DNA of 64,000 bases from Chrysomallon squamiferum (lineage: Eukaryota > Animalia > Mollusca). Position numbers and translations under genes: made by a program. The notes beneath the pieces are model-generated. The model worked only from the letters and a program-made list of their open reading frames with translations. It had not been told where the DNA came from and did no database searches. The stretch covers positions 32,364,001 to 32,428,000 of the forward strand of contig CM022665.1 in assembly GCA_012295275.1 (NCBI GenBank), given 5' to 3'. Shown here piece after piece: positions 55,385 to 64,000 of this stretch; within the stretch, counting starts at the first letter, position 1, and the number at the start of each line of letters is the position of its first letter.

Positions 55385-55605
55385 ATGCCTTCCTTGGTAT
55401 CACAGGAAGAGGGGGACGAGCAAGCAGTGACATTCAGGTTATGGGTTGACGGCAGAATAGAGACGATTCCGACATTTCTGTTTGCTATAGGACCTCAGAA
55501 CAGTTCGGTTGGACCAGAAGATTCATCCAAACACAAAATACCAAACTTGGGTCCCACGAGACAAGAAACATTGCTGTACTTTGAGAGTACGAAGAGCGAA
55601 CCAAG
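55385..55605 (+). CDS. Probable first coding exon of the unidentified gene that continues at 63395
   Basis: ATG-initiated, non-repetitive 73-codon stretch (MPSLVSQEEGDEQAVTFRLWVDG...) ending at donor AAG|GTATT in phase 2. That is the phase needed to join the open frame of the 63395 exon. Confidence 0.45.
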
Positions 55606-58442
55606 GTATTATCTTAGTTAAACTATGTTTTAAACAGTATTACTATAACTACTAAACTACTAATACTATTACTGCTACTACTACTACTACCACTTTTATA
55701 CTGCTAGTATTACTACTACTAATATAATTGTTATTATTACTGTTATTATTACCTCTAATACTAATAAGAAAACTACTGCTACAGTTATTATTACTACTAC
55801 AGTTAGTTGTGTATATGTCCTCTGACAGTGTGTTAAAGAGAGAAATTATATGTAGGTATGTGTGTATGTTCGAGTGTATGAATGTATATTACATGTGTGT
55901 GTACGTATATGTGTCTGTGTGTTTATATATGTTTTTTACATGTTACTAAGCTAGTATGTTACAAAAAAGAAGACTGTCAAGTATTTGTAAGTGTATGCTA
56001 ATAACATCTAAATGACAGAAATATCGATACATATTCAAGGAGGAAGAATTCAGTTAATATAGTCAGATAAGTTATCAAACACTCGATCATTTTGTTTACT
56101 TACATACTTAAGTAAATATGTCACATATTTAAAAATCTTCAGACACACAATACATATATATAATTTGTTAAAAAAACAATAACAACAACAACAAAAAAAA
56201 CCCACAAAACAACTGAAGTAACTTAGTTTGTTTTGATTAAACAAATCATATAAAAAAGGTGTATGGTTATTCCAAATTATTTTGTTCCTTTTCAAATATA
56301 TGCAGAAAAAAATGAGTAAATAAATAAAATATTAGATGTGAAATAATTGAAAAATGAAAAGAATGGATTTTATTTTTCTTTGAAGTAAGCCGCTATCTTG
56401 CCATTATTTATTTATTTATAATTTTTTAAATTAATATTTATATTACTGACACTACTTTCTTTTTAAAACATTCACCTTAAATTACCATGAAAAATTATTG
56501 AATAGGTGACAAGGGATTAACCTTAGGATTACTTCAGTAAATGTGATAAATATTTCGTTTGGCTGTAAAACTGATATTTACAAAGGATTATCTTCTCTAA
56601 TGGAAACAGTAAATTTGCTCATCCAGCAAATCGGAGAGCTTAAAAACTGTTGCATGTCAGAGAGTGGTGTGATATCCCATGTCCTCAAACACACTATTAA
56701 TAAGCTGGACTGTTGGCACATTCGCCGTCACACGGTACTTTGATTCTATTCAACGACTGTTCATTTGACCTCGTGAGGGTTTTCAGTGGGGACACTTGAA
56801 CGGGCGACCCGTCTGATGTGTTTTGATTCAATCTGAATGTGGCTTAGTTTCTGATTTAGAGATAAAACACCCGAAGTACTTACCCCGTCGTTTTTTCATC
56901 TAAGAAAAGCTATATCGTATAAATGATACAATGACTGATATAACTTCACGTCGATGAATAGCGATTCAAATGCTACATACACATAAAATATAATATTATC
57001 TGTGGACACGTCCTACTTGGAAATCAGATCGGGTTACCGTTGTCGCCTTGAAAATGTCATACCGACTTAGGCATATTATTAGTATTAAAGACCAAAGCAT
57101 GTAGCGTCAATTTCAAAAGGCTGTCTTATAAACATTTGATCTTTTATTTATTAATCTGTAAAAAGTTTAAAAAATTGTTTAGACCATATATTCATGTTTA
57201 TGTTATTAGGTACAATATAACGATATATATAAATATATACTCATACTCACACTTACACATAATTATATACAGACACACGCAGACAGAGGGTTAAAATTTA
57301 CCAAAAAGGGTAATAATCGGACATACATAGAGTTAAATTTATCACATTAGTATTACATTTATAACATCTGTTAATACATTAACTTTGGTAAATCTAGTGC
57401 ATATTATAAATATTTAAACTAAAAGAGGAGAGTGCATGATAAATTCGTTAGATAAAATAATAATAATTATAAATTACTTTATAAATTGTATAACTGACTT
57501 AACCCGCGACTCAGCGACAAAAAACTTTCTCATTAAAATAGTCAGATACCTGACACAGATTATAACTGAGAAAAGTAAAAGTCCTTGACACTTGTGTATC
57601 TCTTTTTGTTGTACGTCTACTACTAAATTAAAACCACTGGTAATGTAGAATTTAAATACTACTAGTAAGCGACAGTTTCGTTATTGCTGAAAAAAGCCTC
57701 TATAAATTAGTAATAAAATCTGCGTGTTTTCTAAACCAGAATTTCTCTTTGCCGTCTGACTGTCGGTTTTTCTTAACTGTTAGTAATAACAAAAACTGCA
57801 TTCATTGTGACACTCGTGAAACAATACACAAGGAGGCAAAAATCTTTTTTAAAATTCAGTTGAGAATTTTACGATGAATAGATATTATAAGTAATTTGAT
57901 CACAAAAAATAAACTTGAATTTTATTTCAATACATAAATAATATATACCTAAGCCGTTTTTCCAACGATTTTGTTTGACGTTTTTTTTTTCTCTTGTGAA
58001 TTCTTAAAAACATAATATACTCATGAGCAGAAGAACATCATCTGTACTTTAACATTAGTAAAGAAAACAGTGAGACAGCTGGAAATCATTTCTAATGCAG
58101 GATATCAAGAAATAATCTGTAAATTACACTTCTGACACGTTCCTCAACTTACACGCACACATGCGCACACATACTTCACAAACTTTACTAATATTTTTAA
58201 TTTTATTTAGTATTGTTTATTTGTTTGTTGTTGTTTTTTTGTTTTGTTTTGTTTTTGTTTTGGTGTTTTTATGGCTATTGGTATACTTGCTTGATATTTT
58301 TAAAAACCGAAAAAAGAAATCTGGTGAAAATGAAATACATTTATGAATCAGTGAATCACTGTACGTATGTAATCTATGTACGTATGTACGTATGTAATCT
58401 ATGTATATAATGTATGTATGTAAAGTATGTATGTAATGTATG

Positions 58443-58480
<38 letters not shown>

Positions 58481-61298
58481 TTTCTGGGTGTTTATCTGTA
58501 TATCTATCGATCTGTCTGTCTGAATATCTGTGGATATTTACATCTATAAGAATGGATGAATGAAAGAAGAATATTATTGGTTTTCAATACTACTCATGAT
58601 CTTATAAAACTATACGGCGCCCTAAACATTCATAAAATTGATTCGAAAATTTTAAGAATGAAAGAATTTACTGTATTTCATTTTAATAATTAAAATAAAC
58701 TATAAAATAAAGCAAAATGATTAATTTTAAAAATAAACAATAAAAACAGAAACCATGCAGTTTATGAAAAGAAAAGAAAAAAAAGAAAAACACAAGAAAA
58801 AAGTAATTATAGTAATAATAATAAAAACAAACAAACAAACGAACGAACGAACAAACAAACAAACAAATAAACAAATAAATAAATAAATGTTGAAATTATT
58901 TATTTACTTATTTATTTATTTATAATTTATTTATTACTTATTACAGCTTTAACCAAGCTATTTTTGCAGTGCACTTAATCTATAACTATAAATCACTAAG
59001 AACTATAACTAATTCATTTAAAACTTATTGTAATAAATAAAGTGGTACACGATCTGCGCGCTTATATCATAACTGTTTATCAGGAAGCTCGATGCTGTTA
59101 GAATGTCAGTCATAAAATCACGCTGATTTCCTTGTGAATAAAATATATGCGGTCATTAAGCGTAATCAAAAATAAATAAAATAAAATAAATTAATTAAAA
59201 AGAAGTAGGAAAGAAAAGAAGAAAAAAACGAAACTGCCATATTCTTCATAAATATATAATGGTTTTTACAATGGAATGCAAGCACAGATAAGTATGTTTT
59301 GAAAAATGTATTATTATTAAAACGTAAATAAGAAGAACTAAACAATAGATGGAATGCAGTATATTTCAAAATCTTTAAACAGTGGCCTCGCTGGATGGGT
59401 AAAGTAAATATATACGAAAGACTAGAGCTTATGGCTAGAAAAAGTGTTGTTCTGAAAAACAGAAATCATAATTTATTTACGAGCGTTTCTCCAGTAAGTA
59501 TTTTTCTGTGTTATCTTGTTCACTGAAACTGAATACTAGATATACATTATTAAATTTTAAAATAAACGTCAGCGGAATTTACAGTCTTGTTCTTTTCAGT
59601 TTTGTATATTTTAAAGATATTGTTAACCTACAGATCTGATAAAGAAATAGTCACATTTTATTTGGAAATCACATAATCAATCACAGTTTAGTTTATTAAG
59701 ACGACCCAGGAATTACCTTTTGTTAAGGAAATGCCAGGAAAGTATGTTTTTTATTCCTCTTCTAAGTTACAGTCATGTTAATATATCGTGTATTCATACA
59801 AAACAGAGTTCAGCTTATTTCATTTTCATGTTGCCGGAGGTCAACAAACCTGGAAAGTGTCACCTGTTATACTATGTAAAAACACATTAATTTCATTTTA
59901 ATTATGGAATTTCTAACAACGAGCAGCAGTTCATGCGTGGTCTTATAGGAACACAATTACTTCTTATCACTCGCTGGAAGGTAACTGAAATGGATTTTTC
60001 ACTTCTATTTAATGTAAATACCATATTTTAAATATCTTTTTTAACAGCTGTATAATTATTTTAAAGTCTTACCTAAGATGAATTGATCAAATATTTTATT
60101 CAACCACGCACTAAAAATATTTGTAAAGTACAATTATGTAGTATCACGTACATATTTAATATTTTTCATATGTAAAACATCGTACATGTTCATAAATAAC
60201 CCAAACATTAATATGCACATATAGGTAAGCACACATGTGCATGCATTTATGTGTGTGTGTGTGTGTGTGTGTGTGTGGCACTGTAACTGTAATTTCTGCT
60301 TGTAACACTTTGATTAATGTAACTATTTTCCACAAAGTGTCTATTTCATTGCGTGGTATATCGACCATGTAACAGTAATATAAAAATAAACACATCTATG
60401 ATAAATTATGTTTTGTGTACTTACAATCGTCACCTGCTGCGTTAATTTTCAGACACCAAAGTAAAGCGATCCCGATTTATGCATATACAGTAACCAACTA
60501 CCCAAATTAATGTTCCTTCCAAACAAGTACGTTTCATATACACTCTAAATATATAAATATGTTTGAAAGCTGTCGTTAGATTTTATAAATTTTATACTTC
60601 TGTGTGTGCCACAGTAGCCAGGCATGTTTAAGAAGGTAAAAAAAAATAAAATAAAATAAAAATAATAATAATAATAATATAACTTTGTAATCTTTAAATA
60701 TACAGTCGTAATTCTGTTATTGTTGTTTTCTCGTTTATTTATTATTTTAAATTTATTTTTTAAATCTGTTTGTTTCTAATCTTTATAAAAGTATATTAAA
60801 AAATATACATAAAACATGACTTACTATTCCTACCAAACATTATATATATATTTGTGAGCGCTCTTGAGCGTACATGGACGCACATACATATGTGCAATAG
60901 AAATTGTATCAGAGTAAGATTTCGGTATTTGCAAAGAAAAAAATAAAATATTTGTAAAATACTTCTAAATACATGTTAAAATGACACAAGCTTCTCTGTT
61001 TAAATGTTTCTCAGTTTTCTTTCCTGTTAATTAAAATTAATGTTTGGTATAGTTTGTTATGTCCGAGGATATAATTTAATGGTATTTTCTCTTTGTCTAT
61101 TTTTCTTTGTATCTCTTATGCAGACGTAAAGGTGGATGTGGATATATCTGTATATATGGCACTGGTACATGCATCGAAGCTAAAAAAAAAAACACCTACA
61201 AATCTTAACACGTAGATCGTTATTGCTACAGATTTATTATTCAAATGTCAATTTTTTTTGTGTGTTTTTTCACACGACATTGGCTTAAGAAATTTTTC

Positions 61299-61362
<64 letters not shown>

Positions 61363-61977
61363 GTGGGTGTGTGTATGTGTGTGAATATGTCTTGGTTTCT
61401 CACTCGTTTTCTTTAAAAATATATTCTACTACTGTAAACACACACGTATATCACCTTTTGAGTCAGGTGTTATATTAAGAACGTTTTTTATTAACGTTTT
61501 AAAATAAATCAATCTTCACAATAAAATGTATCTATCTGTATCAGCTATAATGCATTAATCATAAAGCGATGCTTACAATATTACAGGAATATACTGAATA
61601 CATATATACAATCTACAATACTGATTTCTATAAATATATCCTACTTTGAATGGATAAACAATTAACTGTGATATTAACCGGTAACACACGCAGCTACTTA
61701 CTGCTGTTTGGAAAATATACTGAAAATGTACCGCAGACAACAATTACGCCTTTGTTTACGGCGAAAATGAAATGGACCGCGACGTTAATACACGAAGTTC
61801 TCTGTAGGTTTATCTATCTTATTTGGAAGTGTATGAAAAGTTACCACTAACCGTGACCAGGGATTTGAAAAGGTAAGTGCTAGCAAGGTAATCGTATAAT
61901 ATTTCGGATCGAACAATTTCAAGGATGTCAAGATTTCAATATCTGGATGTTCGATGCTGGTTCGTTTTGTAAGTAGA

Positions 61978-62235
61978 TATATTTATAAATGTTATTAATA
62001 TATTATTACATGTTGTTAAAATATTTTTATATGTTATAAATGTATTTGTATATGTTTTATGTATATCTGTATATGTTATAAATATACTTATATATATTAT
62101 AAATATATTTGTATATGTTATAAATATATTTGTATACATTATAAATATATTTTTATAAAATGTTGAAATATTTCTATATGATGTAAGCATATTTCTGAAT
62201 GCTAATGTATTTATATACGTTATTAATATACTGGT
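61978..62235. repeat. 21-bp AT-rich minisatellite (unit ~ATATTTGTATATGTTATAAAT)
   Basis: About 10-12 imperfect tandem copies; produces the 7-aa periodic ORF 61936-62190. Confidence 0.85.
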
Positions 62236-62413
62236 ACATATTTTCTGTTTTTGTATGTTAATATATTGGTATATGGTGAAAATATAGCTGCACCCGTTAA
62301 TTCCTGGAAATATCGCGGAATTAATTTTTCAGTTTCCCCGACAAAACAACAACAATTAAACACACCAGAGCATTGTCTGCTGTTAAACTTTTCAAACCAA
62401 ATTTCGTAATTTC

Positions 62414-62465
<52 letters not shown>

Positions 62466-62992
62466 AATAAATAAATAAATAAGGAATTTGGGTTAATGGA
62501 TATCATTTTTCGGTTTTTCGAATTTCTACGGTACTGCATGATATAGGCAAAAGTATCCATAAAAAGTATTATATGAATTACCACTGTATAAAAAAAATAA
62601 CAGCTAATTATGAATACAAGACAGCATTTACGTATGTCTCAGTTTATGAAATGTGATTTTTATGTGCGACAAATAGGTAATACATATTGTATTAATTGTG
62701 CATGGAAGTTTCTCTAACGAAAGTGGGTTACTTCCTGATCTTGCATTCCTCATTTTCAGCCCATCCAACTGTTTTTGTAATCTGCGTAAAGAAATATTCA
62801 TTTGTAAGGTTATAACAACTGCGCTTCCATTTATTTTCTGAAATCTTAAATCTGGCTGATAATTCAACTGCAGTTATTTCAATTATATTTGATTTTGAAA
62901 TTCATACGTAAATCAGTTCAGTGCATCAAATGTTTTACTAGACGTTTGATTAAACATTAGTAATCGTGATCACCTTTATTTATTTATTTATT

Positions 62993-63061
<69 letters not shown>

Positions 63062-63394
63062 ACCATCACCATTACTGCTGTTTCACTAATACATCTGTTA
63101 CAACGACTGCTAGAAAAAACTTCATCATTACTACAGTCAAAATTATTTAATTTTAATATTTTGAGCCACGTAACAGATATATATTATATACATATATTCT
63201 CAGGCAGATATAGTATTATTATTACCTCATCGACTACAATTATTATTATTATTATTATTATTATTATTTAATATTTTGTCTGAGATGGCTGTAACTCATT
63301 AATATGTGGGTAGTACTTATTAACAGGTAAAGGCTATAAATGTATTTTTCTTTTTGATTTCAATTAATTAATTAATTAATTTATTTATTTACAG

Positions 63395-64000
63395 AAAGAA
63401 GACATTTCAATACAGTTATCATAATGAGTCCGCGGATTTTCACTTCCCTGTTACTATCGCCAGCTACTCTGCTCACCCGCCAAAAACAGCGCCTTCATCC
63501 TTTCCATTAGATCAACCAGGCGATGACGGAATGAACACCCAAAGAGGCATAACCAAATCTTACGACAACAACGTACTTCCCCGGATGACAGGTAATAAGA
63601 ACAACTGCAAAATGACAAGAAACTATCTTCTGTCTGAAAGACGATCTTACCAAAACAGTGCAAGAGATATAAATAATAAACTGACGAAGCCAAACGAACG
63701 CATAATAAAACCGTCAAAACATGGCTTCCATCCCCGCAGTTATTCGCCAACTTTTAAATGTTTGGTCGAAGCGTCGGAGAAATTGCACATACTAATAGCT
63801 GAATCTTCTAAATACAATCACGGCATGTCGGATTTGCCTAGTGTGGAAAGTTCCGTCACTTTACAAGACGGTTCGCTAGAAGAACGTTGTGCTATTACTA
63901 GTCAATACGGTGCTTCGGAATCTGATTATACAGACAGCATTTCTACTATGAACTATAGTAACAGTGCCTCGGATACTATAGCAGCCAAACGGAACGGAGC
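63395..64000 (+). CDS. Large coding exon of an unidentified, Ser-rich, probably disordered protein; runs off the window end
   Basis: Acceptor tttatttacAG ends at 63394. The frame starting at 63396 is open for about 201 codons to the window end (KKTFQYSYHNESADFHFPVT...DTIAAKRNG), with a sharp rise in GC. It is absent from the ORF track because no stop lies inside the window. Confidence 0.7.

Noticed and set aside
61156-61170. TATGGCACTGGTA matches the 5' part of miR-183/263
   Set aside because: The match stops after 13 nt and no complementary arm lies nearby.
1-64000. CRISPR arrays, rRNA or tRNA genes, prokaryotic operons or defence systems
   Set aside because: The sequence is spliced eukaryotic DNA. 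No repeat-spacer array, tRNA cloverleaf or rRNA signature was seen.

Overview
This is eukaryotic, intron-containing DNA that is very AT-rich and dense in microsatellites. It is most likely an invertebrate, and one SINE-like repeat suggests a gastropod mollusc (inference). Most ORFs in the supplied track are microsatellite artefacts. Three genes are well supported by hand-splicing or motif alignment: (1) an 11-exon, about 478-aa atypical Rab-like GTPase (34885-40440, +) with an N-terminal MGSGCS acylation signal, no C-terminal prenylation motif and an extra C-terminal helical domain; (2) an intronless TMEM45-family gene (41869-42711, -) interrupted by two tandem in-frame stops; (3) a 4-exon, about 661-aa BCL2L13/Bcl-rambo-like gene (46573-49298, +). 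An unidentified gene starts near the right edge, with an open exon from 63395 to the end of the window and a probable first exon at 55385-55605. A 1.2-kb TA-flanked pogo/Tc1-mariner-type non-autonomous transposon carrying a PHD-finger remnant lies at 30574-31766. The first ~30 kb contains no long coding exon. It does hold three short ATG-initiated phase-1 exons on the - strand and clusters of RORE, D-box, E-box, CRE and DR1 motifs. This fits the multi-promoter 5' end of a regulatory, possibly clock-controlled, gene whose body lies left of the window (inference).
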